Shown here in pieces: positions 51,623 to 62,183 of a stretch of 64,000 bases of DNA. The first letter of the stretch is position 1, and every line of letters begins with the position of its first letter. The notes beneath the pieces are model-generated. The model had not been told where the DNA came from, made no database searches, and worked only from the letters and a program-made list of their open reading frames with translations. A program made the translations under genes and the position numbers. Origin of the DNA: Candidatus Binatota bacterium (GTDB lineage: Bacteria; Desulfobacterota; Binatia; UBA1149; CAITLU01); contig JAJRWY010000171.1 in NCBI GenBank assembly GCA_024276575.1, forward strand, positions 1,580-65,579, read 5' to 3'.

Positions 51623-52132
51623 ATGGCGGAAAAGCGGAACACGGGACCAAAAACGGTGGGTAGTATCCTACAAGACGCCCTCTCACGCCTGAACCTCGAC
51701 CGCGATCTCGACGACTATCGGATTTGGCAAGGCTGGGACGAGGTGGTCGGAGATCTCATCTCACGCAACGCACAACCCAGCAGACTCGACGGATCACGTT
51801 TGGTCGTGGTCGTGCGAAGTTCAACATGGATGCAAGAGCTGAGCTTGCTTCAACGCGAGTTGGTGGAGCGGCTCAACCGCTGGATGGGCCGGCAAGTCAT
51901 CAGTGAAATCTTTCTCGTCGTCGGCAAAGTGCCCGAAACATCGACGGCAGCCGGACGACGCCGTCGCGAGAAGTCCACGGCTAGAACGCGACCCGCGACC
52001 ATGCGCGCTGCAGACGGCCCGGACGACGCCGAGACGACGCCAACCGCGGACTTCGATCGCAGTGCCATGAGCGACGCTATCGCCGAAGCCTTCGACAGCC
52101 TGTGGCGTACGGCGCGATCCCACCGTCGCTGA
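51623..52132 (+). CDS. dciA: DUF721/DciA helicase-loader family protein
   Basis: W..VVGD.I...AQP......LVV.V.SSTWMQEL. Confidence 0.8.
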   Translation: MAEKRNTGPKTVGSILQDALSRLNLDRDLDDYRIWQGWDEVVGDLISRNAQPSRLDGSRLVVVVRSSTWMQELSLLQRELVERLNRWMGRQVISEIFLVVGKVPETSTAAGRRRREKSTARTRPATMRAADGPDDAETTPTADFDRSAMSDAIAEAFDSLWRTARSHRR

Positions 52133-52203
52133 CCACCCGTCGCCGCCCCTGTAAGCACCCCTGCAAAGCACCGATAAAAGACCGGCGCATGCAACGGCGC
52201 AAC

Positions 52204-53403
52204 TCAAACCAGCCGCTGCCTGGCTTCACCCGCAGGCGGCCAGGAAGCCGGCACCAACTCGGCCTCCAATCCGGCCAGTGCATGCTCGACCAAAGTGTCC
52301 ATCTCTACCAGCGACTCCGCCGCCAGAACCTCCTCGGGCTTGGCAGCGGTGGCGGGATGCTTGGGCACGAACAGCGTACAGCAGTCTTGATCGGGAATGA
52401 TGGATATCTCGAAACTGCCCTCCCGGTCCGCGTAACGGCTGATCTCCAGCTTGTCCATGCCCACCAAGGGCCGCAACACCGGCAGCGAGGCCGCACGCTC
52501 GACCACCGACATATTGGCCAACGTCTGGGAAGCCACCTGGCCGAGACTCTCACCGGTAACCAGTGCCGAGAGATGAGCGCGCTTGGCCAGCGCCGAAGCT
52601 ATACGCATCATCAAGCGCCGGTAAAGGATCACCCGTAAGGGGCGTGGAACGCACCGCACCACCTCTGACTGGGCGTCCCCGAAAGGAATCAAACTGAGAC
52701 GCGTGGGGCCTTGTCCACGTGCCAGCACCGCAGCTAGGCTCCGCGCTTTGTCGATGCTGCTGTCGTTCAGATACGGAACACTATGGAAGTGGATGCAATC
52801 GACCCGGCAGCCGCGCCGCATCATACGCAAACCGGCGACCGGAGAGTCGATGCCTCCGGAAAGCAGCAACAACACCCGCCCGCCGGTCGGCAGGGGCAGA
52901 CCGCCACAGCCCTCGAAGCGCTCGAAACCCAGGTATATTTCCTGCTCGAGGACAATGATCTGTATCGAGGAGTCAGGATTGCGAAGATCAACCGGCGCGC
53001 CCGTGGCACTTACCACCGCCGCGCCGACATGGGCGGCGAGTTCGGGAGACGTCATCGCAAAACGCTTATCCGCGCGCTTGACCCGCACCGCGAATGATCC
53101 ACTCGGTTTCCAGCTAACGAGAGCTTCGCTCACAGCGGCATCCACCGCTTCTATACTGGGCGCAAGACGCCGGGCCGGAACACAATTGGCCACCCCGGGC
53201 TGCACACAGATACGCTGCAACAACTCTGCCTCATCGGCATCGCCGATCTCGACCAGCAGGCGGCCCATTTTCGACGACACCGCACCGCAACCGAGATCCG
53301 ACAAAGCACGCCGCAAGTTGTCGAGCAAACGGCCCACGAACATAGCCCGCAAGCCGAGCTTGAGCGCCACTTCGTTGTAATGGACTACGATGACATCGTT
53401 CAT
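52204..53403 (-). CDS. thiI: tRNA 4-thiouridine synthase (THUMP + PP-loop, no rhodanese domain)
   Basis: EVALKL, LLSGGIDSPVA, TGESLGQVASQT, DQDCC. Confidence 0.93.
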   Translation of the reverse strand: MNDVIVVHYNEVALKLGLRAMFVGRLLDNLRRALSDLGCGAVSSKMGRLLVEIGDADEAELLQRICVQPGVANCVPARRLAPSIEAVDAAVSEALVSWKPSGSFAVRVKRADKRFAMTSPELAAHVGAAVVSATGAPVDLRNPDSSIQIIVLEQEIYLGFERFEGCGGLPLPTGGRVLLLLSGGIDSPVAGLRMMRRGCRVDCIHFHSVPYLNDSSIDKARSLAAVLARGQGPTRLSLIPFGDAQSEVVRCVPRPLRVILYRRLMMRIASALAKRAHLSALVTGESLGQVASQTLANMSVVERAASLPVLRPLVGMDKLEISRYADREGSFEISIIPDQDCCTLFVPKHPATAAKPEEVLAAESLVEMDTLVEHALAGLEAELVPASWPPAGEARQRLV

Positions 53404-53734
53404 GCTCTTAGCCTGCATATGCATGGAAGCTCGTCGCTAGAGTTGCAAGCGCCCGTGAGACCGGCCAGATGGGCCCACGCGTAGCGTCGATGCCCGCAAG
53501 TGCAGTTACGCTACGTCGAGGGCCGTGAGCCCGCGAGCAGCGCAGCGGGCTCACGAACACGGTCCGAAATTGCGAGCGGTCGAGGCGCGCAGCATGGGTT
53601 TCATGGCTCATACAGGTTGATACCGGACAGGGGAGGTCATACCGCGGCCACAAGGCGCACGGAAACCCGCTCCGGCTCGTGGCCGGGAATACGGCCGGCG
53701 CGGCGATTTGCCAAGCCACCGCGGCGCAACCACT

Positions 53735-54352
53735 ATGGAGGTTGTGCGTCGAGCCATCGCCGAACAATTGAACAGCCGCGAACGCCGGATGCTGAGCGCC
53801 GACACGTCGCTGCGTTGCGCAGTACTGGTTCCGCTCATCGAGGGACCGGAGGGAATCAGCGTTCTCTACACTCTGCGCAGCGAGGGTTTACCAAGCCACA
53901 AGGGGCAAGTCGCCTTCCCGGGCGGCAAGCGCAGTGAACACGATGAAGACTTGAGCCATACCGCGCTACGGGAAGCTCAAGAAGAAATCGGGCTCGACCC
54001 CCGCTCGGTGGAGATAATCGGGTGCCTGGACGACGTTTACACCCTGTCGGCCAAGTTCCATATAACTCCCTTCGTAGGTGTATTGCCCCACGGCCTCGAA
54101 CTGCGAGCCAACCCCGGAGAGGTAAGTGACATCTTCGAGATCCCTTTACTTGATCTTCTCGATCCCAAGCACCACGGCAGCCAGCGGCGTAGTTGGGGCG
54201 GCAACGACTACGAGGTGCCGGTAATATCAGCCGGGCGCCATGAAATCTGGGGAGTCACTCACGGCATCACCATGAATTTCCTGGAGTGCGTGAAACAACT
54301 CCCGTCTACGCTGTCCTTGGAAGTCAATCACGAAAGCGTCAAGCCTGCATGA
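53735..54352 (+). CDS. CoA pyrophosphatase, NudL/Pcd1-type Nudix hydrolase
   Basis: HKGQVAFPGG, TALREAQEEIGL, IWGVT. Confidence 0.9.
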   Translation: MEVVRRAIAEQLNSRERRMLSADTSLRCAVLVPLIEGPEGISVLYTLRSEGLPSHKGQVAFPGGKRSEHDEDLSHTALREAQEEIGLDPRSVEIIGCLDDVYTLSAKFHITPFVGVLPHGLELRANPGEVSDIFEIPLLDLLDPKHHGSQRRSWGGNDYEVPVISAGRHEIWGVTHGITMNFLECVKQLPSTLSLEVNHESVKPA

Positions 54353-54479
54353 ACTCGGGACAAGTGCAGCAAGTGCAGCGTGAGTCCCACAGGCGTAGTG
54401 ACAGAAGCCCCTCGAGCATTAGAGAGTGTGGGCGACGATCCGGCAAGCAGCGAAGGCCCCGAAACGGCGAAGCGCCGGC

Positions 54480-55211
54480 TCAGATTTCTATGACCATACC
54501 GTCGTAGGCGCGCTCTATCTCCAGGCCGCTAGCGGCGCGGACGTCTTCGCCCAGATGAGTAAGAAGCAGGCGTTTGCATCCAAGTTGCGAGCGCCTACTG
54601 AGGATTTCTCGGTAACTGCTGTGAAGGGGAATGAGAGGATCCATGGAACAACACTCGCACAAGAACAGCCCCGTTCCACGGCTTCGTTCCACGAACTCGT
54701 CGGTCCAGGCGGAATCGCCCGAAAACAACAGGCTACTCTGGCCACTTTCAATGCGATATCCCAAGGAAAAGGGCTCTGCATTGTGAGGCACCTGGAAGGC
54801 TTCGCAGCGAAAGCCGGCCAGTTCCACGCTTTGCCCCGGTTCAATTTCCACGTAGTGCAGTTCGAAAGGAAGATCGCGGCATTGAATGGCGCCGTACAGC
54901 GACGAGTACAAGCCGCACACTCTTTGTTCTATTCCCGGGGGGCCGGCCACGGTCAACGGACGGTCGCGGTTATTCACGAAAGTGTATTCGAGATATAGAT
55001 AAGGGATGCCGCCGAAGTGGTCTCCGTGAAAATGTGAAACCAGCACGGCATCCGGCAGGTCAGTGGCGATTCCGTTTCGCTTCATCCCGGCAAGCACACT
55101 GGAACCCGATTCGAGCATGAGCCGGCCGCCCTCGTGTTCAAGAAGGTAGCAGCTATGAAGTGCACCGGCAGCATTGAACGCATCGCCGGAACCTAGGATG
55201 GTAAGCCGCAT
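54480..55211 (-). CDS. MBL-fold metallo-hydrolase (RNase Z/BN-like)
   Basis: LTILGSG, SHFHGDH, FSGD, LTHL, AYDG. Confidence 0.88.
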   Translation of the reverse strand: MRLTILGSGDAFNAAGALHSCYLLEHEGGRLMLESGSSVLAGMKRNGIATDLPDAVLVSHFHGDHFGGIPYLYLEYTFVNNRDRPLTVAGPPGIEQRVCGLYSSLYGAIQCRDLPFELHYVEIEPGQSVELAGFRCEAFQVPHNAEPFSLGYRIESGQSSLLFSGDSAWTDEFVERSRGTGLFLCECCSMDPLIPLHSSYREILSRRSQLGCKRLLLTHLGEDVRAASGLEIERAYDGMVIEI

Positions 55212-55307
55212 AAGACTTGGCAGAGTAGGCGGCACATTCCCGGCAAGTCAAGCAATTTAATGGCTGGCCGCAGCAACCAGGCCCGTACAGCGGTAGCGAG
55301 CAAAGCA

Positions 55308-56570
55308 ATGGAACTCGAACTGGAAATTGAAAAGCTCGTCCACGGCCGCGCCGGGCTGGCCCGGCACGAAGGGCGCGTAGTGTTCGTCGACCGGGTAGCT
55401 CCCGGCGATAGGGTGCGGGCGAAAGTCGTGCGCAACAACGAGCGCTACCTAGAAGCGGAACTAATCGAGTTACTCGAAGCCGGCGAGGCGCGCTGCGAAA
55501 GCCCCTGCCCCATCGTAGACCGCTGTGGCGGATGCCCCTGGCAACAGGTGTCTTACCCGCGACAACTGGAGGCCAAACGAAGCGCAGTGATCGATTCGCT
55601 CGAACGAATCGCCGGTATCGACAATCCCGAGGTGGCTCCCGTGGTCTCTTCTCCCGAAATCTTTGGCTATCGCAACCGGCTCAAACTGCGCTTTGAAGCC
55701 GGGAAACTGGGTTTTTACCGAGCGCGCAGCAACTCTTTGGTACCGGTCCCCGACTGCCTGTTGGCGGAAACCCGGGTGCGTGAGGCCTTAGCGGCAGCCG
55801 AGTCTTTCACGGCGTCGCTCAGCACCAACGTAACGCGGGTAGAGATAGCATCGCGAGGACTGCTGCCCGGAGTTCTGCTGGCCGTAAACAGCCGCGGCAG
55901 GCTGCGCCGTTCCGACGCTCACCGGGTCCGGGAGACCATAGAACGCGACGACAACCCAATCGCCGGAGTGGTCATGTGGGGGCGTGGTTGGCGCAGGCAT
56001 TGGGGCGAAAGCGCCCGCAGCCACACAGTGGACGGGCAAGGAACGGTGGTCACGCAAAGCGGCGGCTCCTTCGGGCAAGTCAACGAGAAAGCCAATCTGG
56101 CCCTGGTTGCCGCAGTGGCCGAATACGCTCGAGGGTCACGCTCGGTACTGGAGATTTATGCAGGTGCGGGGAACTTCTCCTTGCCTCTGGCCCGCTGCTG
56201 TGGCCGCGTTACTGCGGTGGAAGCGTACCCCCAGGCAGTGGAGGCGGCCAAAGTGAGCGCGCGCAAGCTGGGACTGGGGAATCTCGACATCATAGAGCGT
56301 AGCGCACGCGATTTTCTCCACGCCTATACGGGAACGGCACCGGAGTTACTGCTCGTTGATCCACCGAGAAACGGCCTTAGCGACTGTGCAGAGGCAGCCG
56401 CCCGCCTGAAAGCGCCCAAACTAGCCTACGTATCCTGCAACCCCGCCACCCTGGCCCGTGATTTGCGATCTTTCATTGACCACGGCTACCGATTCAAGCA
56501 GGCCCTGACTTTCGACATGTTCCCCCATACGTTCCATGTGGAAAGCTTTTGCAGCTTGGAGTTGACATGA
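55308..56570 (+). CDS. rlmD: 23S rRNA m5U methyltransferase (TRAM + TrmA family)
   Basis: PCP....CGGCPWQ, YRNR, FGQVN, VDPPR.G, YVSCNPATLARD, DMFPHT.HVE. Confidence 0.88.
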   Translation: MELELEIEKLVHGRAGLARHEGRVVFVDRVAPGDRVRAKVVRNNERYLEAELIELLEAGEARCESPCPIVDRCGGCPWQQVSYPRQLEAKRSAVIDSLERIAGIDNPEVAPVVSSPEIFGYRNRLKLRFEAGKLGFYRARSNSLVPVPDCLLAETRVREALAAAESFTASLSTNVTRVEIASRGLLPGVLLAVNSRGRLRRSDAHRVRETIERDDNPIAGVVMWGRGWRRHWGESARSHTVDGQGTVVTQSGGSFGQVNEKANLALVAAVAEYARGSRSVLEIYAGAGNFSLPLARCCGRVTAVEAYPQAVEAAKVSARKLGLGNLDIIERSARDFLHAYTGTAPELLLVDPPRNGLSDCAEAAARLKAPKLAYVSCNPATLARDLRSFIDHGYRFKQALTFDMFPHTFHVESFCSLELT

Positions 56571-56596
56571 TGCCCGCCACTGCCTACCCTTTTTTC

Positions 56597-56700
56597 GGGA
56601 AACGGGTGGAAACGGTCAGAAACGGGGTCAGGTCCCGTTTCCATTCGGGAAACGGGACCTGACCCCGTTTCGAAAATGACCCCGTTTCCACCCCGTTTCC
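56597..56700. repeat. REP-like palindrome, GGGGTCAG type (copy 1)
   Basis: gaaacggggtcaggtcccgtttcc-attcg-ggaaacgggacctgaccccgtttc with extra gaaacgg/ccgtttc units on the flanks. Confidence 0.85.
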
Positions 56701-56709
56701 GACACCACA

Positions 56710-56973
56710 ATGAAAAAGAAATCCAGCGCCACCAACCCCGTATCGCCACCAAGAACGAAAATCACCATTATTCCGGGTAAAGGTGTAGCCCAGGCGATCA
56801 ATTATCTGCTCGAAGACCGCGATGAGTTGGAATGGCTGGTCGCGGTGGGCCGCAACAAGGACGGCGAAATATTCTTCTACGACACCGGCGGGGATATCAT
56901 CGAGGATCTCGGTACGCTCGAATATCTGAAAGGGCGCATCGCCAGAGCTCATTTCGGCGAGGACTTTGACTAG
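56710..56973 (+). CDS. Small acidic hypothetical protein
   Basis: 87-aa ORF with globular-looking composition; no recognised motif. Confidence 0.65.
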   Translation: MKKKSSATNPVSPPRTKITIIPGKGVAQAINYLLEDRDELEWLVAVGRNKDGEIFFYDTGGDIIEDLGTLEYLKGRIARAHFGEDFD

Positions 56974-57110
56974 AAGCCCGGGCGAGCAGCCGGGTAGGGC
57001 GAAAAACCCGCGGGATCGGCGCGCGGACAAGCCGCATCATCTTCACGGCCTTCACCCCGCTCAACGGGGTTGCGCTACTCCGGTCGACGCAGCCTGAACT
57101 TTCCAATCCC

Positions 57111-57794
57111 TTGCGTTACTTTTTCCTCTTCTACCTACTCAACTACCTGCTTCACAATCCCCTATTGGCCCTGATCGTATTGGGGACAGTGTTCTACTTG
57201 GGCGAGGCCCGCTATAGCGGCCGCTATTTCAATCCCACGACTTTCTTCTCGGCTCGATCGCAACTAAGCGAACTCGCAAGTAAGCTCTCCGTCAACCCGC
57301 ACGACGTAGCCGCACACAACGATCTCGGACGCTTGCTGGCCGGCCAGGGCAAGTTCAAAGAGGCCCTACCGCACATGGAAGCCGCGATCGCGCGCATGGA
57401 TGAATCCGCAGAGACCAACTACTTTCTCGGACTCTGCCTACTACACTGCGGCCAAAGCGAATCTGGAATCGAATACATAGAGAAAGCTTTGGAGCTGAGT
57501 CCCTCCTTTCTTTACGGAGAGCCCAGGAGGGTCCTGGCCCGCCACTACTTCGACTCGGGGAACTATCGCGAAGCGGCAGAGCAGGCGCGGCTATGCGTAA
57601 AAAAGAATACTTCGGCGGTAGAGGGTTGGTATCTGCTGGGGGCCTCCGAGCAAGAGCTTGGCAACAAGAAAAAGGCCCGCCAAGCCTACGCAAGCGCAGT
57701 GGAGGCGTATAACAACCTGCCTCACTACTTGAAACTGGCCGGCCGAAGCTGGAACCGCCGCGCCCGCAAGGCACTAAGGTCGCTTCAAGGGTAG
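57111..57794 (+). CDS. Membrane-anchored TPR protein
   Basis: N-terminal TM; repeats AHNDLGRLL, TNYFLGLCL, GWYLLG. Confidence 0.85.
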   Translation: MRYFFLFYLLNYLLHNPLLALIVLGTVFYLGEARYSGRYFNPTTFFSARSQLSELASKLSVNPHDVAAHNDLGRLLAGQGKFKEALPHMEAAIARMDESAETNYFLGLCLLHCGQSESGIEYIEKALELSPSFLYGEPRRVLARHYFDSGNYREAAEQARLCVKKNTSAVEGWYLLGASEQELGNKKKARQAYASAVEAYNNLPHYLKLAGRSWNRRARKALRSLQG

Positions 57795-57846
57795 AAACGG
57801 GGTCAGGTCCCGTTTCCTTTTGGAAACGGGACCTGACCCCGTTTCT
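57793..57846. repeat. REP-like palindrome, GGGGTCAG type (copy 2)
   Basis: agaaacggggtcaggtcccgtttcc-tttt-ggaaacgggacctgaccccgtttct; overlaps the TAG stop of the TPR gene. Confidence 0.85.
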
Positions 57847-58125
57847 GTCGTTTCTGCCTGCGGGATCTGAACTGCGGGAATTGACAACGTCGCGGCGCTT
57901 TGATGAAAAAAAGCGGCCAGTGATTGTCCTTCGCTTCAGCTCTAAACGGTCGTTCTCGACCGGTTTCACTTGACTGCTCAGCATCGGTCGCGTGCCGATC
58001 TAGTCTAGTCCCATCACTTTAGCACTTTAGCTCTATCCGGAGCGCCGTCGGCCGCAGCCATTCTCGCGTCTGCCATCTAAGATCGCGCAGACGCCGGCCA
58101 CGCCGCACAAGACCGCGAGGCAGTC

Positions 58126-59505
58126 ATGTCACCACGAATCGTTATCTCATCTTGGGTACGTTCTCGGCTCTTTTCTCTCGTAGCTTTGCTGCCGATACTG
58201 CTGATACCGCTCGGCAATGCTGAAGCGTCACCTTCGAAAGCACAGCTCGAAGCGCGAGTCGAGCAACTCGAAAGTCAGAATCGCGAGATCCTCGAGACCC
58301 TGAAAGCCTTGCAGGAAGTGCTGCAAGAAAGAACGCAGCCAACGGAAGCAACAGCGGAGGCGCCAGCCCCCCCGGCCCGGCTCGCAGACGAGAGCACCAA
58401 GAAGCAGCCGGTCCGTGCCGGCAACAGCTTGGAGCCCTACGGCTTCGTGCGCATCGACTTCATCGGCGATGATTCGCTCCCGAGCAACGCGCAAACGCCT
58501 TTCTTCATTCGTTCCCCGGATAACCCCGGCGGCGGAGATCCAAATTTCACGCTCCATCCCCGGCTGACGCGTCTTGGTCTTCGGGTGCACGGACCGGAAC
58601 TCGCAACGCTGGCCGGCTCGAAGCTGGCGGGGCGCATCGAAGTCGACTTCCAAAACGGCGGCAGCGAGTCGCGTGAGATCATCCGCATTCGCCATGCCTA
58701 CATCGAACTTGAACACGGCGACTGGAGCTTGCTCGCAGGGCAAACCTGGGATGTGATTTCACCGCTGCTGCCTACGGCCAACAATGACACTTTGATGTGG
58801 AACGCCGGCAACCTCGGAGACCGGCGCCCTCAATTTCGTGTGGACTACCATCCCTCGCTAGGCGGTGGGGAACTGTCACTAGTGGGGGCCTTGGGCCTCG
58901 GCGGCGCCATCAATGCCCGTGATCTCGACGGCGATGGAGTGCGCGACGGGGAAGCTTCGGCTCAGCCCAACTACCAGGGTCGCTTGGGTTACAGCCACTC
59001 GCTGTGGCGAAAAGATGCACACTTGACCCTTGGCGCATGGGGACACTACGCAAGAGAGAAAAGTAGCAGCACCGTAGGCGGCAAAAGTCATTTCGAAGGC
59101 CTCTCGGCAGGCATTGACTACGATCTCTCGCTCAGTGAAGCGCTACGGCTACGCGGCGAGGCTTTCTATGGAAAAGATCTTCCGGAGTTCCGCGGCGGCA
59201 TCGGCCAAGGGGTCAATAGCAGCAGTGGGCGAGAGATAGAGAGCAGGGGCGGATGGAGCGAGTTGGCTTTGAAACTCAACACCATCGACACTGTCTACTG
59301 TGGTTTTGGCATCGACGATCCCGACAACAGCGACCTCGAAGAAGGCGCGCGCACGCGCAACCGGGTCTGGTGGATCGGCAACCGCCTGCGCCTCGCCCCG
59401 GCGCTCCTCGTGGGACTCGACTACCTACGCTGGAGCACGGATTTCGACGGCCTGCGCCGCGGCCGCGACAACCGGGTGAACCTGTACTTTCAATACGACC
59501 TGTAA
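58126..59505 (+). CDS. Outer-membrane porin with N-terminal coiled coil (DcaP-like)
   Basis: Signal peptide, coiled coil, YGFVRID, IEVDF, IRHAYI, LAGQTW, terminal YFQYDL beta strand. Confidence 0.8.
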   Translation: MSPRIVISSWVRSRLFSLVALLPILLIPLGNAEASPSKAQLEARVEQLESQNREILETLKALQEVLQERTQPTEATAEAPAPPARLADESTKKQPVRAGNSLEPYGFVRIDFIGDDSLPSNAQTPFFIRSPDNPGGGDPNFTLHPRLTRLGLRVHGPELATLAGSKLAGRIEVDFQNGGSESREIIRIRHAYIELEHGDWSLLAGQTWDVISPLLPTANNDTLMWNAGNLGDRRPQFRVDYHPSLGGGELSLVGALGLGGAINARDLDGDGVRDGEASAQPNYQGRLGYSHSLWRKDAHLTLGAWGHYAREKSSSTVGGKSHFEGLSAGIDYDLSLSEALRLRGEAFYGKDLPEFRGGIGQGVNSSSGREIESRGGWSELALKLNTIDTVYCGFGIDDPDNSDLEEGARTRNRVWWIGNRLRLAPALLVGLDYLRWSTDFDGLRRGRDNRVNLYFQYDL

Positions 59506-59591
59506 CCGGAATGGGCGGGCGTCCAACGACCACGGTAAAGATCGAACGATAGGCCCCTGGCACCCGTTGCCACGGCTTTGCCGCCCGGATC

Positions 59592-60863
59592 TCAGTCGAG
59601 GCAGTGGAAGAGCAGGCCGCTCAACAGCTTGGGGTAAAAGTAGGTGGATTTTTGCGGCATCAGCTCGCCGGCCTTGCATACCGCCGCCATCTGCTCGGCC
59701 CGCGTCGCATTCATCAAGAAAGCGCCTTCGAGCGTGCCCGCGTCGACTCTATCGAGCAGCGGCAGCGGCTCGATAGAGTACGCCAGCTTCACTTCCCCGC
59801 CTCCCGCACAACGCAACAAGCTACCGAGCAATTGCTCATGCAAGACTTTTACGTCGAGGGCGGCCAGCGGTGAAGTAGCAGCGGCCTTTTGATCCACGGC
59901 TTTCTTGGCCAGTAGGTAGTGGTCAAGACCACTAAGGGCGATGGCAAAACCGTTTTCGTCTTCGCGGCACGCAGCCAACGCGGCCAGCAACTCACCGCGC
60001 CCCGCCTCGCTCTTGGCATAGGCGCCAAGCTCGAAATCCTCGCCTAGCAACTGCTCGAAGCGCCGGTGGTCGAGCCCCCCCGAGTCCAGCAACTCACGAT
60101 GCGTGGGCAAGATCAGCATCCCTGGATCTTCGAAAGCCGCGAGAAAAGCCAGCACATGGGCCGTGGGCGCTTTGTCGTCACCGGGAGCATCGTCGCCGCC
60201 CGGAGGATCCACCCCGTGAATCTGCCGATGGTAGTTCAGTGCCGTTTCGTAGCGGTGATGCCCGTCGGCAATGAACACCTGCCGCCCCGCAAGCGCCTGC
60301 CGGACCTCCTCTATACGCTCCGGATCGCGCAACGCCCACATCATGTGCCTCACACCCTGGTGGAAAACATCGACCAAGGCTTGCTCATCCCAACCGCCGT
60401 CGGGACAAGGATGGAAATCCGGATTGGAAAACGTCCCAAAGATCGGGCTCAGGTTGGCTTTCACTTTTGAAGTGAGATCGAGACGGTCTTTCTTGTGATG
60501 CTCGAAAGTAGTCTCGTGACGCAACACCACGCCGCTAGAGAAAGGCTCCAAGTGAAGGGCGCCGAGCACCCCGACGCGGCGGCGCGGACCCCCGGCCTCG
60601 AACTCCTGCGCGTACAGATAAAAGGCGGGCTGCTCCTCGCGCCACAACACTCCCTGCTCGCGCCATTGGGTAAAATACCGGGCGGCAGCATCGTGGCCGG
60701 AGCTGTTCAGGATCAGTTTGACGACGTTGAAGGGCGATGAGGCGTCGAGCCTGTCACGCTGCTCGGGCGAGATGACGTCGTAAGGCGGCGCAACCACCTC
60801 ACTCATCGCGCCAACCGCGGACTCGCTGTAACGAAGTCCGCGAAAAGGTCTGAACCTAGCCAA
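59592..60863 (-). CDS. DUF1015 family protein
   Basis: PFRGLRY, APPYDVIS, IADGHHRYETA, MPQKSTYFYPKL. Confidence 0.92.
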   Translation of the reverse strand: MARFRPFRGLRYSESAVGAMSEVVAPPYDVISPEQRDRLDASSPFNVVKLILNSSGHDAAARYFTQWREQGVLWREEQPAFYLYAQEFEAGGPRRRVGVLGALHLEPFSSGVVLRHETTFEHHKKDRLDLTSKVKANLSPIFGTFSNPDFHPCPDGGWDEQALVDVFHQGVRHMMWALRDPERIEEVRQALAGRQVFIADGHHRYETALNYHRQIHGVDPPGGDDAPGDDKAPTAHVLAFLAAFEDPGMLILPTHRELLDSGGLDHRRFEQLLGEDFELGAYAKSEAGRGELLAALAACREDENGFAIALSGLDHYLLAKKAVDQKAAATSPLAALDVKVLHEQLLGSLLRCAGGGEVKLAYSIEPLPLLDRVDAGTLEGAFLMNATRAEQMAAVCKAGELMPQKSTYFYPKLLSGLLFHCLD

Positions 60864-61557
60864 TTGATCTCTCCTCGCTGTGCAACTCGACCACGCTCTC
60901 TATATCGGCGCGGCTCACGGAACCGACCCGGCGCAGATAGGCGCGCCCGTCCAAAAACTCAACCACGGAAGAAGGCGCAGACGCCCCCCGTGCACCACCG
61001 TCGAGGTAAACTGCGACTTTATCTCCGAAATAATCCCGCGCTTGTTCGACGCAAAGGGCCGCTTCGGCGCCGCTGGGATTGGCCGATGTAGAGGTAAGGG
61101 GGCGCCCGAAAAGGGCAAGCAGGACGCGCGCGTCATCATCGGAAGAACAGCGCAAACCGATCCCGCCGCCAGCGCCCCGCAAGGATTCCGGCACTGAAGG
61201 GGCGGCAGGCAACACCAAGGTAAGCGGCCCGGGCCAGAAACGCTCAGCCAGCGCTGCGCCCTCCGGCAAAGGGCTCCGGGCAAGCAAAGGGGTCGCCATC
61301 TCGAGTCCGCTTACCAGCACGGCCATGCCTTTGGACGCGTCGCGGCCTTTGAGCTCGACCAGCCGCGACAACGCGCCCGCATCGCCCGCGTCCACACCCA
61401 GCCCGTAAACGGTTTCAGTCGGGTAGACTACGATCTCGCCGCACGACAGTGCGGCCGCCGCGGCTAGCAGTTGCTCTTGACGGTTCACCGGGTCCGGAAA
61501 GTTTCCGCGAGGGGTTTTGCTGCGAATGCCTTCGTTAGGGGAATCTTCGCCACGCAT
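60856..61557 (-). CDS. tsaC: Threonylcarbamoyl-AMP synthase (TsaC/Sua5)
   Basis: YPTETVYGL, KGR, FWPGPLTL, STSANPSG; start uncertain. Confidence 0.9.
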   Translation of the reverse strand: MRGEDSPNEGIRSKTPRGNFPDPVNRQEQLLAAAAALSCGEIVVYPTETVYGLGVDAGDAGALSRLVELKGRDASKGMAVLVSGLEMATPLLARSPLPEGAALAERFWPGPLTLVLPAAPSVPESLRGAGGGIGLRCSSDDDARVLLALFGRPLTSTSANPSGAEAALCVEQARDYFGDKVAVYLDGGARGASAPSSVVEFLDGRAYLRRVGSVSRADIESVVELHSEERSIG

Positions 61558-61607
61558 CCGGCTCGAAACCGCTGCCCGCTCAGCGCCACGACCGAAGCGG
61601 CGCGGTA

Positions 61608-62120
61608 TTACGCATCTCCCGCAACCTGTTTGACGGTACCCGGAACTTCGCGCGCCATCTTGGCCTTGCGGCGGTCGAGCTTGGCTGCCAACACGCGATC
61701 GGAAAGAGCAAGGATTTGTACAGCCAGTAGCGCCGCGTTCTTGGCTCCCGCCGAACCGATTGCCAAACTCGCTACCGGTACTCCGGAAGGCATTTGCACG
61801 GTTGCCAGCAAGGCGTCCATTCCCGCCAAGGTTCCCGACTCCAGGGGTACTCCGAGCACCGGAAGGTTGGTGTTGGCCGCCATCGCGCCAGCCAAATGCG
61901 CCGCCATCCCCGCACCCGCAATAAGCACCTTGAGGCCGCGCTTTTTCGCACTCGACGCGTACTCGGCGGCAAGTCCCGGCGAACGATGCGCGGAGATCAC
62001 GCTTACTTCGTGGGCAATGCCTAGTTCTTCGAGCAAGGCCGAAGCTCCGGACATCACTTCGAGATCACTGGAACTGCCCATCAATATTCCGACCAAGGGC
62101 TTGACCTTTTTCGCCGACAT
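61608..62120 (-). CDS. purE: N5-CAIR mutase
   Basis: [31 protein letters not shown]. Confidence 0.96.
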   Translation of the reverse strand: MSAKKVKPLVGILMGSSSDLEVMSGASALLEELGIAHEVSVISAHRSPGLAAEYASSAKKRGLKVLIAGAGMAAHLAGAMAANTNLPVLGVPLESGTLAGMDALLATVQMPSGVPVASLAIGSAGAKNAALLAVQILALSDRVLAAKLDRRKAKMAREVPGTVKQVAGDA

Positions 62121-62132
62121 AAATTGCTACTC

Positions 62133-62174
62133 TCCTTGCTTCCCGGATTCGCGGATTCCTTGCTTCCCGGATTC
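62133..62174. repeat. Direct repeat (24-bp period) in the purD-purE spacer
   Basis: tccttgcttcccggattc at 62133 and 62157. Confidence 0.8.
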
Positions 62175-62183
62175 CGAAAACTC

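Noticed and set aside
51374-51663. Short ORFs or an amber-split N-terminal extension of DciA
   Set aside because: The upstream frame is low-complexity repeat sequence, and DciA already has a normal N-terminus at 51623.
57925-57975. CTCTAAA as a tRNA-Pyl/suppressor anticodon loop
   Set aside because: Flanks do not pair into an anticodon stem; no acceptor stem or T arm.
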